Positions 1 to 9,616 of a stretch of DNA of 64,000 nucleotides are shown here, piece after piece (the stretch's first letter is position 1; each line of letters starts with the position of its first letter). Source of the DNA: an uncultured Acidobacteriota bacterium (GTDB lineage Bacteria; Acidobacteriota; Terriglobia; Acidiferrales; UBA7541); NCBI GenBank assembly GCA_963804145.1, contig CAWDPI010000011.1:30563-94562 (forward strand), read 5' to 3'. Under the pieces are notes generated by a model. That model did not search any database. It worked only from the letters and a program-made list of their open reading frames with translations, and was not told the DNA's origin. The translations under genes and the position numbers were made by a program.

Positions 1-528
1 CTTGCCGCCGAGCTTCACGGTGCCGATGACTTTACCGGACGTCGCGTCAATCACCGTCGAGTCCATGCTCTTGCCGTTAAACGTGAACACCCGCTTGGTC
101 GCGGGATCGTAACGGATCGAATCCGGATCTTTTCCGGGGATGTCGATCACCGAAGTCGCCTTCATCGTTTTCAAGTCAATCACCGAAACCGTGTTGGCGT
201 CTCCGTTGCTCGTGAAACCCTTGCCCAGGTCGGTCGCCAGCGCCAGCCCGTGCGAGTTCTTGGAATTGGCGATCTCAATGTCTCCGATCACCTTCCCCGT
301 TGTGTCGTCCACCACCTGAAAATGCGATCCCCGCGCTACATAGAGCCGGTGCGAGTCCGAGTCCACCGTCATGTAGTCCCATCCGCCTTCGCCTCCGACC
401 GGCATCCTCTTGATGACGTGATAGCCCGAAGCCTGCGGAGCCGCATACATTACAGCCGCAGCAATCAATGCCAGACAAATCATGGGACTCGTCCGGCGCA
501 ACCATCCTGCAATCTTTTTTCGTGGCAT
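1..528 (-). CDS. YVTN-type beta-propeller repeat protein, secreted; C-terminus lies beyond the window edge
   Basis: Minus-strand ATG at 526-528. My translation reads MPRKKIAGWLRRTSPMICLALIAAAVMYAAPQASGYHVIKRMPVGGEGGWDYMTVDS..., with a signal peptide and repeated ...NTVSVIDLKT.../...DSTVIDATSGKV... blades. The frame is open to position 1. Confidence 0.7.
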   Translation of the reverse strand, partial: MPRKKIAGWLRRTSPMICLALIAAAVMYAAPQASGYHVIKRMPVGGEGGWDYMTVDSDSHRLYVARGSHFQVVDDTTGKVIGDIEIANSKNSHGLALATDLGKGFTSNGDANTVSVIDLKTMKATSVIDIPGKDPDSIRYDPATKRVFTFNGKSMDSTVIDATSGKVIGTVKLGGK

Positions 529-633
529 GCGAGAAATCTCCTTATCGTTTCGTTTGAGCAGAATCCTATACACCCGGGTCTGTTTCAGTAGTACGTTTCA
601 CTGCAGTAAAAAGTTTCGTTGCAACCCTCACCC

Positions 634-3600
634 TTACCGGACTTCCACCGGCGAGCTCATATCCACCGCCGCCTCTTTATCAGGCGTCATATAATACTCG
701 ATCGCCGGCGTGATAATCAGCGACAGCACCATGGAGATCAGGATTCCTCCGATCACCGCGATTGCGAGGGGCTTCAACATCTCCGCCCCCGCTCCCAGTG
801 CCAGGGACAACGGCAGCATGCCCGCCACCGCGGCCATCGCCGTCATCACGATGGGGCGAAGACGACGGCGGCCCGCCTGAACCATGGCCTCCTCCGCTGT
901 AAATCCGAACGCCCGGAATTTCTGATTGGCGTCCAGCAGCAGGATACCGTTCTTGGCCACGATGCCAATCACCATGATCAGCCCCATGAACGACGCGACG
1001 TTGAAGTCCGTGCGCGTAATATACAATCCGAAAAACACGCCCGACGTTGAAAGAACCGCCGAGGAAAGAATCGCCAGCGGCGCCGAGAACGACCGGAACT
1101 CAACCAGCAGCACCAGGAAAATCAGCACCAGCGCGAGCAGCAGCACCACCACCAGGTCGTGGAACGATTTCTGCTCTTCCCGGTAGGTGCCGCCGTATTC
1201 CACGCGGATCGACGGGGGCAGGTGCAAATCGGTCACCGCTTTCTGCACGGCGGCCACACCGGAGCCCAGGTCGATCCCTTCGAGCCGCGCCGTGGCTTCC
1301 TTCTCCCGCTGCAAATTGTCGCGCAGGATTTCCGTTTGCCCGGGCACCTCGCTGACCGTCGAAATAGACCCGAGCGTGGCTGTTCCTCCGTTGGAATTGA
1401 CGATCATCGTGTTGCTCATGGCTTCCAGGGAAGCACGGTTCGCCGCCGGATACCGTACCCGCAGCGTGTAGGGCCGGTCGTTGATAATCACCGGCGTTGT
1501 GGCCGGCTCGCCGTCCACGATGGCGGAAGCGATCGTGGTGAGTTGATCAGTTGTGAATCCCGCCTTGGCTGCCGCAACCGGATTGATCGTAAACACCACC
1601 GCCGGTCCGCTGGTCGTGTTGTCAATTCCGTCTTCGATATCGACCACTGGCTTCTTGTAGTTGATTTGAATCCGTCCCATGGCGTCGGCCACGCGCGGCG
1701 CCCACGTAGCAAGGGCATCCGGGTCGGGAGAAAACAACTGAACCACCACCGGTTCGGGCGCGCCCGTTAGATCTGAAATCATGTCCTGAAGCTCTTGCGT
1801 GAACTCCACGTCCAACGACGGCTCCTGAGTCGTTACCTTAGCTCGGACCTCGGCGATGATGTCATCGATATTGCGTCTCTTTCCGTCCTTCAGTTTGACG
1901 GAAATATCGCCGGTGTTGGGCTCCGTAACGGCCGCAAGCCCCAGTTGCAACCCGGTCCTGCGGGACGTGTTTTCCACCTCGGGAACATCACGGATAATCT
2001 GTTCCACATGCGTGACAACCCGATTGGTTTCCGCCAGAGAACTCCCGGGAGGCATGACGTAATCGAGAATGAACCCGCCCTCGTCCATGTGCGGAAGCAA
2101 GTCACTGCCAAGTTGGCCGAAACAGAGATAGGAAACCGCGATCAAAAGAACGCAAAAGCCGCCCAGCCAGATAGGATGTTCGAGCGCGCGGCGCAACCAC
2201 CGTTCATAAAAACCGATGATGCTCCCGAACCATCCGCCTTCCAGCGAGGCCTCTTCCGCCGCCATCATGCGTTTCAGCTGTTCCTCTTCTGTAAACACAG
2301 CGGATTCATTACCAACCGCGTGTGCCTGACTTGCGGCGGCTGACTCAGGCGTCTCCTTCCGGCTGATCAGAAAAGTGCCCAGATTGGTCGTCCAACCGAG
2401 AGCCAGCACAAGAGAAGTCAGCAGTGAAACGCTCATGACAATCGCCAGAGCGCGGAAGAAAACTCCCGTAACGCCGGTGATCGAAATCAAAGGCAGGAAC
2501 ACCACGATGGGAGTCAGCGTCGAGCCCACCAGTGGAATCGTCAGTTCTTTGATCGCGCTGCTCACCGCTTCGACCGGCCCCTCTCCGCCGTCCCGGTGCA
2601 AGACGATGTTCTCGACCACCACGATCGCGGTGTCCACCACCAGTCCGCTCGCTGCCGCCAGGCCTCCGAGCGTCATCATGTTGAACGTCTGCCCCATGAT
2701 TTTCATTACGAGGAATGTCACCAGGATGGTCACCGGAACCACGAGCCCCGTCGCCAGCGCCGTGCCCCAGTCTTTCAGAAACAACCAGATAATCACCCCG
2801 GAGAGGATGAGCCCGATGATGATCGCGTCGCGAACGCTCCCGATCGACTCGCGAACGATGTTGGATTGATCGTAAAAAACTTTCAACTCGACGCCGGCAG
2901 GCAGGGTCGGCCGGATCGCTTGGATCTGCGCGTTCACTTCATTGGCTACTTCCACTGTATTGCTGGCCGGCTGGCGGTCGATGCTGATCAATACTGCAGG
3001 CTTCCCATTTGCCGTCACGATCGTATAGGCCGGAGCAGCAGACGGCGTCACTGTGCCAATGTCGCGGATTCGCACCGGCGTATCATTCACGTTCTTGATG
3101 ACCATGTCGCCGATCTGATCCGCGCTGTGCACCTGCGAATCCAGCAAGCCCAGAAATAACTGGTGGTTGCGGCTCAGCAGGCCCGGCGAATCGACGATGT
3201 TCGTGTGCGTCGCCGTGTCCAGAATATCCTGCACTGCGACGTGGGCCCGCAGCATCTTGGACGGATCGGGCGTGATTTGAAATTCCGGTTGCTGGCCTCC
3301 CTGGATGATGACGCTCGCGACGCCGCTCAGCCGGTTCAATCGCGGCTTGATATCGTATGTGGCGATCTGCCACAAGTCCGTCTGTGGGACTTTCTCGGAG
3401 GTCATGCTATAGCCGAGAATGGGGAAGCTGGCGAAATCGAGACGGTTGACGTCAATCACGGCCGTGGTCGGTAAAGTGCTCTGAATCCGCGCCAGGGCGG
3501 AATTGACTAGCTGGAGCGTCTGAACCATATCCACGTTCCAGTTAAATGACAAATCCACTTCCGCCGATCCGCGGCTGGTGGTCGAGCGTACGTCCTCAAG

Positions 3601-3870
3601 ACCCGGCACGCTGTTCACGGCGTTCTCGATCGGCGTGGTGATCGTTACACCCATCTGGTCGATCGGCATCACGCCGTTATCCACGCCGATAATGATGCGC
3701 GGAAAGTTGGTGGCCGGAAACACGGCGATGGGAATCGAGAGCGCCTCGTAAATTCCGACCACTGCCAGCGTCAGGACCAGAAAGTTGATGGATTTGGAGT
3801 GCCGGGCAAACCAGTGCCGCGACTCCGGAGAAGCAGCTGATGCGGAACGGTTGGGTGTTTTATCTGACAT
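634..3870 (-). CDS. RND efflux transporter permease (AcrB/CzcA superfamily)
   Basis: Intact 1078-aa ORF with 12-TM RND architecture and two large periplasmic loops. Typical motifs include LVVDTAIVVVENI and GIVAKNGILLLD. Confidence 0.95.
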   Translation of the reverse strand: MSDKTPNRSASAASPESRHWFARHSKSINFLVLTLAVVGIYEALSIPIAVFPATNFPRIIIGVDNGVMPIDQMGVTITTPIENAVNSVPGLEDVRSTTSRGSAEVDLSFNWNVDMVQTLQLVNSALARIQSTLPTTAVIDVNRLDFASFPILGYSMTSEKVPQTDLWQIATYDIKPRLNRLSGVASVIIQGGQQPEFQITPDPSKMLRAHVAVQDILDTATHTNIVDSPGLLSRNHQLFLGLLDSQVHSADQIGDMVIKNVNDTPVRIRDIGTVTPSAAPAYTIVTANGKPAVLISIDRQPASNTVEVANEVNAQIQAIRPTLPAGVELKVFYDQSNIVRESIGSVRDAIIIGLILSGVIIWLFLKDWGTALATGLVVPVTILVTFLVMKIMGQTFNMMTLGGLAAASGLVVDTAIVVVENIVLHRDGGEGPVEAVSSAIKELTIPLVGSTLTPIVVFLPLISITGVTGVFFRALAIVMSVSLLTSLVLALGWTTNLGTFLISRKETPESAAASQAHAVGNESAVFTEEEQLKRMMAAEEASLEGGWFGSIIGFYERWLRRALEHPIWLGGFCVLLIAVSYLCFGQLGSDLLPHMDEGGFILDYVMPPGSSLAETNRVVTHVEQIIRDVPEVENTSRRTGLQLGLAAVTEPNTGDISVKLKDGKRRNIDDIIAEVRAKVTTQEPSLDVEFTQELQDMISDLTGAPEPVVVQLFSPDPDALATWAPRVADAMGRIQINYKKPVVDIEDGIDNTTSGPAVVFTINPVAAAKAGFTTDQLTTIASAIVDGEPATTPVIINDRPYTLRVRYPAANRASLEAMSNTMIVNSNGGTATLGSISTVSEVPGQTEILRDNLQREKEATARLEGIDLGSGVAAVQKAVTDLHLPPSIRVEYGGTYREEQKSFHDLVVVLLLALVLIFLVLLVEFRSFSAPLAILSSAVLSTSGVFFGLYITRTDFNVASFMGLIMVIGIVAKNGILLLDANQKFRAFGFTAEEAMVQAGRRRLRPIVMTAMAAVAGMLPLSLALGAGAEMLKPLAIAVIGGILISMVLSLIITPAIEYYMTPDKEAAVDMSSPVEVR

Positions 3871-3975
3871 GGGATTCTACCTGTCGCAAAGTCGAGATTG
3901 AATAACGAAGAACAAAGGCCGCGTAAACTCCGGCTAGTCCATCAAGTCTGGGTCTGATGTTTTTGGCCGTGATCA

Positions 3976-5271
3976 TTACTCGTCCTCGTCCTCTTCCGGC
4001 ATCTTCGGCGCCTGGACTTGAATCTTGGTTTTCGCCAATACGGGATCGTCCTCGTTGGCCAACTCGAACGCTCCTACCGTCACTACGCGCTCTCCGCCCT
4101 GCAGCCCGTCGGTAACCTGCACCGTCTTGGCCTCGGCATCCCGGATGCCCACCTTCACCTTCTTCTTGCTGGGTGCGTTGTCGCTATCCAGAACGATCAC
4201 TGTGTTGATCCCATCCGGCGAAGTCAGCAGCGCCGCCTGGGGAATCACAACCGCCTGGGCTACCGTTTGGGCGACCATGGCGACCCGCACGCTGGTTCCG
4301 GGCCGCAGGCTCCCCTTTGGATTGGGGGCTTCCACCCAAACTTCCACAGTGGTGCTGCTGGGGTCCACTGCGGGACTCACCAGCGTGACTCTGCCTTTCA
4401 CCGGGGTGGCTTGGCCCGGCACGGTAATGGTTGCAGGGTCCCCCACTTTCAGGCTCGCTGCTTCGAGCTGTGCAATGTGCGCACGTGCAACGATCTGGGA
4501 AAGGTCCATGACCGTGATGATGGGAGTGCCCGTAGCCGGAGTTTCACCGGGATAGTTGGGACGGTCGGTAACCACACCGTCGATCGGGCTGATGATCTTT
4601 GTGTAACTCAACGTCGCGTTGGCATTCTCCGTGTCGCCCTTCGCTGCGTTCAATGCCCCCTCCGCCACTTTCAGGTCAAATTGCTTTTGCGTGAGGTCGT
4701 ACGTATTCTTCGCCTGGCTCAGTGCGACGGAAGCGTCGTCCAGGTCCTTCGCCGAAACCGCGCCTTCCTTGTACAGCGCAGCGCGGCCGTCGTAAAACTT
4801 CTGCGCCGAATCCAGAGTTTGCTTGGCAAACTTCAGGTCCTGTCCGCTTTTTTGCAACTGCATCTGGTAAGTGACCTCGGCTTGCGCGTACCCGCCCTGG
4901 CTCTTCTTCGCAGCCCCGGCCAAGTCCTGGCTCTCCAGCTCACCCAGCAGCTGCCCGGCTTTCACGTGGCTGCCTTTGTCCACATACCATTTCTGGATCG
5001 AGGAGACCACCCGGGGCACGATCGCTGCCTGATCCCGCGGGTAGAGCACCGCGTCCGTCAACACCTTGCGCTGGATCGGCCCCTTTTCCGCCGCGTCCAC
5101 CTGCACCGTCACGGTGGGCGTCGCTTCGGCCGCTTCCTTTGAGCCGCAGCCGGAGATCAGAATGCCCGCTGCCATCAGGACGAATAATGAGCGGACCGTT
5201 CCGCCCGTTTCTATTTTCGGACGGGCTCCATAACGAGCCTGTATCCTGCCGTTCATTGAAGGGAAATACAT
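3976..5271 (-). CDS. RND efflux periplasmic adaptor (membrane fusion protein, HlyD family)
   Basis: 431-aa ORF with a lipoprotein-like signal (LISGCGS), a coiled-coil hairpin and beta-barrel segments. It lies directly upstream of the RND pump. Exact start uncertain. Confidence 0.9.
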   Translation of the reverse strand: MYFPSMNGRIQARYGARPKIETGGTVRSLFVLMAAGILISGCGSKEAAEATPTVTVQVDAAEKGPIQRKVLTDAVLYPRDQAAIVPRVVSSIQKWYVDKGSHVKAGQLLGELESQDLAGAAKKSQGGYAQAEVTYQMQLQKSGQDLKFAKQTLDSAQKFYDGRAALYKEGAVSAKDLDDASVALSQAKNTYDLTQKQFDLKVAEGALNAAKGDTENANATLSYTKIISPIDGVVTDRPNYPGETPATGTPIITVMDLSQIVARAHIAQLEAASLKVGDPATITVPGQATPVKGRVTLVSPAVDPSSTTVEVWVEAPNPKGSLRPGTSVRVAMVAQTVAQAVVIPQAALLTSPDGINTVIVLDSDNAPSKKKVKVGIRDAEAKTVQVTDGLQGGERVVTVGAFELANEDDPVLAKTKIQVQAPKMPEEDEDE

Positions 5272-5315
5272 GGATTTGCTCCCATTCCTTTGTTTGCCTT
5301 TGAATTTTCCATCCT

Positions 5316-6806
5316 TCAGAACCTTCCCGTAAATGTCTGCAATGTCGCCAGGAGCATCCGATAGCGCACTTGCGCGTCGGCGTACGCATTCCGCGCCGTC
5401 ACCAGCGCCGTTTCCGCATCGACCACGTCCGACGCGGGTGCCGCCCCCCCCTGATACCGCAGGTTAGTAAGACGCAGGCTCTCCGTCGCAAGTTCCGCCG
5501 TCGTGCGCGATTCCTCCAGGCCCGACCGGGCAATCAGCGCTTCGTCATATGTGGCATAGAGTTCGCTCACATCGGTCCGCTTGGCCAGATCCATGGCCGC
5601 CTTCGCGGTGTCCTGTTTATATTGGGCTTGGTGTATCTTGCTGCGCGTCGTGCCCCAATCCCAGACCGGCAATGTGAAGTCAACCGTGAGGAAGTAGCCA
5701 AGATTGGGGACCGGACCAATTTCCGGAAATGCTGCGCGGGTGCAACGAAGGGCAAAGCAATTGGCCTCTATGCCGAAATCCCCTTCCACTGTCAGTGTAG
5801 GCAGGTAAGCGCTCTTCGCCGTTTTGACATCTAAATTCGCTTCGCGAAGGGTCTCTAGCGCCACCCGCATGTCGGGATTTTCCTTTTCAGCCATCTCTTG
5901 AACTTCCGGGAAAGGTGGAAGTGCAGGCGCGGAGTCGAGGTCATCCACAACGCTGAAATTTTCATTGAAGTCGGGAAAAATGATTACAGAAAGCCCCAGG
6001 CGGGTGTCCTCCATGGAAAACTTGGCCTCGTCGAACGCCTGCTTTTGAATCCGGTACTGGATTTCCGCCTTCAAGGCATCGCTGTGAGGGGCCTGTCCCT
6101 GATGTTCCAGGTTCCCCGTGATGTCCATGAAATTTTTGGCCTGGTCAAGTCCGGCCTGCGCGGTCGCATACTTGCGCTGCGCCACGACGAGAGCGTAATA
6201 GTTCTTGGTTAGCGTCACAACGAGCCCGCGGCGCGCAATTTCAGCTTTTGCGCTGGCCAATGCCTCTGCCGCTTTGGCGCGCGTAAATGCCGTTCCCATC
6301 AGAAGGGCCGGGGAGAGGTCCTGTTTGTAGATGCCCCACTGCCTGTAAACGTGAACACCATCCTGAGTGACGAATCGGCCGTCGGAGATCTTGCCGCCGT
6401 TTCCCATATCGTTCAGATATTGCGTGGATTCCTGCAGCGTCGGCAGCATGGCGTTTCGCGCCTGTATGCGATCTTCACGCGCGCTGCGCGCATCTGAGAC
6501 CGCCCCGAGAAGCGTCGGATCGAGTTTCCGCGCTCTATCCAGCGCATCTTGGAACGTAACAGTCGTTGGCGCCGTCTGGCCCGCCCCCGTCGGTTTCAGG
6601 AGCTGGACGTCCGATTCTCCGCCTGACGAGCGAGCATTCTCCTGCGCCGCGGCTCTAGAAATCGGGAAGATCACTGCAACGGCCAAACCCAGTATTATGA
6701 GAGAAAATCGACTGATCGATTTGAATGAGCGAACTTGGCGGGCGTCGAGCCGCCCTTTAGACATAGCAATATCTACAAGACCGAATGAATCACCCATGAA
6801 GTCCAT
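5316..6806 (-). CDS. TolC-family outer membrane efflux protein
   Basis: The ORF track gives 5316-6905. The sequence shows the duplicated TolC repeat pattern and a signal peptide (IILGLAVAVIFPISRAAAQE). The start is ambiguous among Met codons at 6806, 6797 and 6764. Confidence 0.85.
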   Translation of the reverse strand: MDFMGDSFGLVDIAMSKGRLDARQVRSFKSISRFSLIILGLAVAVIFPISRAAAQENARSSGGESDVQLLKPTGAGQTAPTTVTFQDALDRARKLDPTLLGAVSDARSAREDRIQARNAMLPTLQESTQYLNDMGNGGKISDGRFVTQDGVHVYRQWGIYKQDLSPALLMGTAFTRAKAAEALASAKAEIARRGLVVTLTKNYYALVVAQRKYATAQAGLDQAKNFMDITGNLEHQGQAPHSDALKAEIQYRIQKQAFDEAKFSMEDTRLGLSVIIFPDFNENFSVVDDLDSAPALPPFPEVQEMAEKENPDMRVALETLREANLDVKTAKSAYLPTLTVEGDFGIEANCFALRCTRAAFPEIGPVPNLGYFLTVDFTLPVWDWGTTRSKIHQAQYKQDTAKAAMDLAKRTDVSELYATYDEALIARSGLEESRTTAELATESLRLTNLRYQGGAAPASDVVDAETALVTARNAYADAQVRYRMLLATLQTFTGRF

Positions 6807-7005
6807 CTCCTCCCGCTCCCGGCCGCATCTGGCGGGACGCAACCCCGGAGCGCATGTCCGACCCCTGCTTCGGGAAGGCAGAATATATACGTACCGAGCA
6901 ACCATCTGTCAAGCAAACGCGTGAAGCATACCAATTTCACATGAAAATTATCTGAATAATTCTTCGTCGAAAAGCTTGGGAATTTTGCGGGTTTTTTTAT
7001 GCCGC

Positions 7006-7070
7006 CCGGGGACGCCAATCTCCCGATTGGCGGCTTCGGCCGCGCCAATCGGGAGATTGGCGTTCCCAGG
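7006..7070. repeat. Palindromic REP-like hairpin with a 21-bp perfect stem
   Basis: acgccaatctcccgattggcg (7012-7032) and its exact reverse complement cgccaatcgggagattggcgt (7043-7063) lie between two minus-strand genes. Confidence 0.7.
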
Positions 7071-7086
7071 GGACTTCGCGCGGCGA

Positions 7087-7779
7087 TCAGGCCGCCTGTT
7101 CTGCGAGGGGTTGCTGACGGGTGAGCCTCACTTCCATGCCGACCGGAGCTTTGATGATTTCGCAGGATTTGAAATCGGAGTCGGCCGCGAGCGCCGCCAT
7201 TTGCCCTTCCGTATGCGCGCGCTTCAGCAGCATGTGCTTGAACGTGAATTTGGTCATCCAGGTGTTCGCCCGGCTGAGATGGAGCCCATCGACGTAGGCG
7301 ACAATTTCATCCCAGGAAGCGTCCTTGCGAAGATCGATGATAATGGCCCTGCCTCGCGGCTTCAGCACGCGATGCATTTCGTTCAGGGCTTTCAGCGGCT
7401 CGGAAAAATTCTTGAACGCCGCGCGGCAAACGACGAGGTCAAATAACCCGTCCTCGAGAGGTATGTCCGACGCGCTGCCGTGAATGAACCGGGCTGTTAC
7501 TCCTTCCCGTTTCGCGTACTCGGACGCCATCCGCACAAACGACTGGCTGATATCGAGGCCCGTGATCTTGAATGGACCGAGTTTTGCCAGCGCAACCGAG
7601 AGATATCCGGGGCCGGGCGCGATCTCGAGCACGCGGGCATTTGCCGGCAGATCGCCCGCCAGTTCTCGAGCCAGCCGCTCAAATTCAGCGAGATCTTTCC
7701 GCGTAATTTTGGCGTACCAGTTGGCCAGCCCGCCCTCCATGGAAATTCCGCGATACGGTTTTCTTGCCGGTGCTTGCAT
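7087..7779 (-). CDS. Class I SAM-dependent methyltransferase
   Basis: 230-aa ORF with the SAM-binding motif VLEIAPGPGYLS and a downstream DLVVCRAAF motif. Confidence 0.85.
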   Translation of the reverse strand: MQAPARKPYRGISMEGGLANWYAKITRKDLAEFERLARELAGDLPANARVLEIAPGPGYLSVALAKLGPFKITGLDISQSFVRMASEYAKREGVTARFIHGSASDIPLEDGLFDLVVCRAAFKNFSEPLKALNEMHRVLKPRGRAIIIDLRKDASWDEIVAYVDGLHLSRANTWMTKFTFKHMLLKRAHTEGQMAALAADSDFKSCEIIKAPVGMEVRLTRQQPLAEQAA

Positions 7780-7810
7780 GTTTCAATCTCCTTTCAGGGT
7801 CGCGTTGCTG

Positions 7811-8498
7811 CTACGGGTTTTGCTTCCTGTTTTGAATTTTGCGAATTGCCGCGAGCGAGGCCGGCTTCCCGCGCGCGTCCGGTCTTGCCTCCAGAAAATG
7901 CTTGCGCAGTTCCGTCCAGCCGCTGCGCAATTTGCGCTCATCGTGTTTAAGATCGTCGAGCAGATCTTCCGAGAAATCGTATTCCGCGCGCATGATTTTC
8001 TCGTAATACTCGCTCTCCAGCGAAAACAGGCGCGGCAACTTCATCTCCTTGCAGATCTTTTTTTCTTTTTCGATCTCCTCGATCGTCTTTTCGAGCAGGC
8101 CGATGCGAATCTCCAGCAACGCCATCACTTCCTCCGGCGGAAGGACGGGCAGGAGCGAAAGCGCCGCTTCAAACATGGGGTATTCCTTGGCCGGCGAACT
8201 CACCAGTTCCCGCATCCAGTCGATGAGTTCGGCTTCGCCCAGGGCCCGCAGCTCGTAAATCGTCTTCACCGGCCGTCGGCCCTCTTTCAACACTTCGCGC
8301 ACGGCGATGAAATCTTCGCGTCAGCAACTGCTCGATGACGGCGTAGAGCGATCCGTAGTTGAGCCGGATGCTGTTCTCCTTGCGGCGCTCGCGCAGGGTG
8401 GTGGCCATTTCGTAGGGGTGCATGGGCCGCTCGTAAAGGAGCACGAGGATGGCCAGGGCCAGGGGGTTGGAAAGCGGGCGCTTGGTTTCCGGCGTCAT
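7811..8498 (-). CDS. PadR-family transcriptional regulator, interrupted by an apparent +1 frameshift near 8321
   Basis: The N-terminal winged helix (MTPETKRPLSNPLALAILVLLYERPMHPYEMATTLRERRKENSIRLNYGSLYAVIEQLL) is in ORF 8169-8696. The continuation (REDFIAVREVLKEGRRPVKTIYELRALGEAEL...) is in ORF 7811-8302. One extra base at about 8321 separates the two frames. Confidence 0.8.
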
Positions 8499-8500
8499 AT

Positions 8501-8548
8501 ACTCTGTACAGTATACCTGTGCCAGAGTACTTTGTACGAGTACTCTGG
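8501..8548 (-). promoter_or_regulatory. Candidate PadR operator (nested palindromes upstream of the PadR start)
   Basis: A perfect 10-bp inverted repeat, ccagagtact (8522-8531) N7 agtactctgg (8539-8548), plus tgtaca/gtatac palindromes at 8505-8516. These lie 3-50 nt upstream of the ATG at 8498. Confidence 0.4.
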
Positions 8549-8753
8549 CCAGAGATATTTCCGCGCCGTCAGGCCGCGAGCGGAATGTCCGGAAGGCGGA
8601 AGGTGCGGACCGGCAGGCTTCAGTTTCAGGAGTGTGGCAGCGGAGGAGGCGGGCCGTCACTTGGCCCGCACCCTCCGCGTCCCTGGCAGGGTTCAACGTT
8701 GCTATTTACAGTTCGGCGAGTCTTCCTGGACGGAGCGATTCATCCGCCCGCAA

Positions 8754-9359
8754 TCAGGATTGCTTGTTCGTTGTTTTCGCGGCGGTATTTGATGAGACGC
8801 TTGCGAGCGTCTGGCGCGCCATTTTCAAGTGATCCTCCAGCGTGGGCAGTGTTTGCGCGGCGAAGCTCTTGATCGAAGCGTCCTTGCCGTCGTTCGCTTC
8901 GTGGCGGAACAACGCGATGTCGGTTTCGTGGTCCCTCACCATATCTCGCGCGTAGGCGCGGTCGAATGCAGCCCCGGAAAGTTCGGAGAGGCGGACATAG
9001 GTGGCCTGATCCTTCGCGTTCATTTGGCGGGAATGGAAATATCGTCCTTCGAGGCGGCGGATTTCAGCGTAGTCGTCCGCCTTGGTGTGATCGTCCACCA
9101 TGCGTTGGGCGAGATCCTTCACCGGCTTGATGGTGGCTTTATCTTCGGCCAATTCGCCGAACCTGACTTCGGCAAACCCGCCTTCGGCGGCAGCCTTGGC
9201 GAAATCCGAATCGGACATTCTGACGGCCGGGGTTGTGGTTTTGGCTGTGGATTTTGCGCTGCTGGAGGGCGTCGCGGCGCCGGCCGCGAAAGCGGCCAGG
9301 CCGGCCCAAACAAAAGCGCAGGAAACAGCTGTTGCGGCGTACTTCCACTGCTTGGTCAT
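8754..9359 (-). CDS. DUF4142 domain protein (secreted)
   Basis: ATG at 9357-9359 is preceded by an aggagg SD. Signal peptide is MTKQWKYAATAVSCAFVWAGLAAFAAGA. Two DUF4142-type repeats are present (DFAKAAAEGGFAEV...MVDDHTKA and FDRAYARDMVRDHETD). A short internal segment appears to be read out of frame (see findings). Confidence 0.8.
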   Translation of the reverse strand: MTKQWKYAATAVSCAFVWAGLAAFAAGAATPSSSAKSTAKTTTPAVRMSDSDFAKAAAEGGFAEVRFGELAEDKATIKPVKDLAQRMVDDHTKADDYAEIRRLEGRYFHSRQMNAKDQATYVRLSELSGAAFDRAYARDMVRDHETDIALFRHEANDGKDASIKSFAAQTLPTLEDHLKMARQTLASVSSNTAAKTTNKQS

Positions 9360-9616
9360 GGTGCGAACCTCCTGAGTCTTGTGAATTTGGAAACGTAAGC
9401 TGGCAAGTAGGGATGGGTCATGTCTGCCCCACACGCAGGACACGCCCTTGCTTATTTATATCGTAATGCGATACACTCTGTCAAGAGCGGGCCGGCCCGC
9501 AGGCGGACAACCCGCAGGGCCCGCGCCGCTTCTATTACATCGTATGGCGATATATTCCCCGGACAGGTCATGTTGGTTGCTTCAAAGAGTGAAGTTTTGA
9601 AAAGGAGAAAGAAGTC

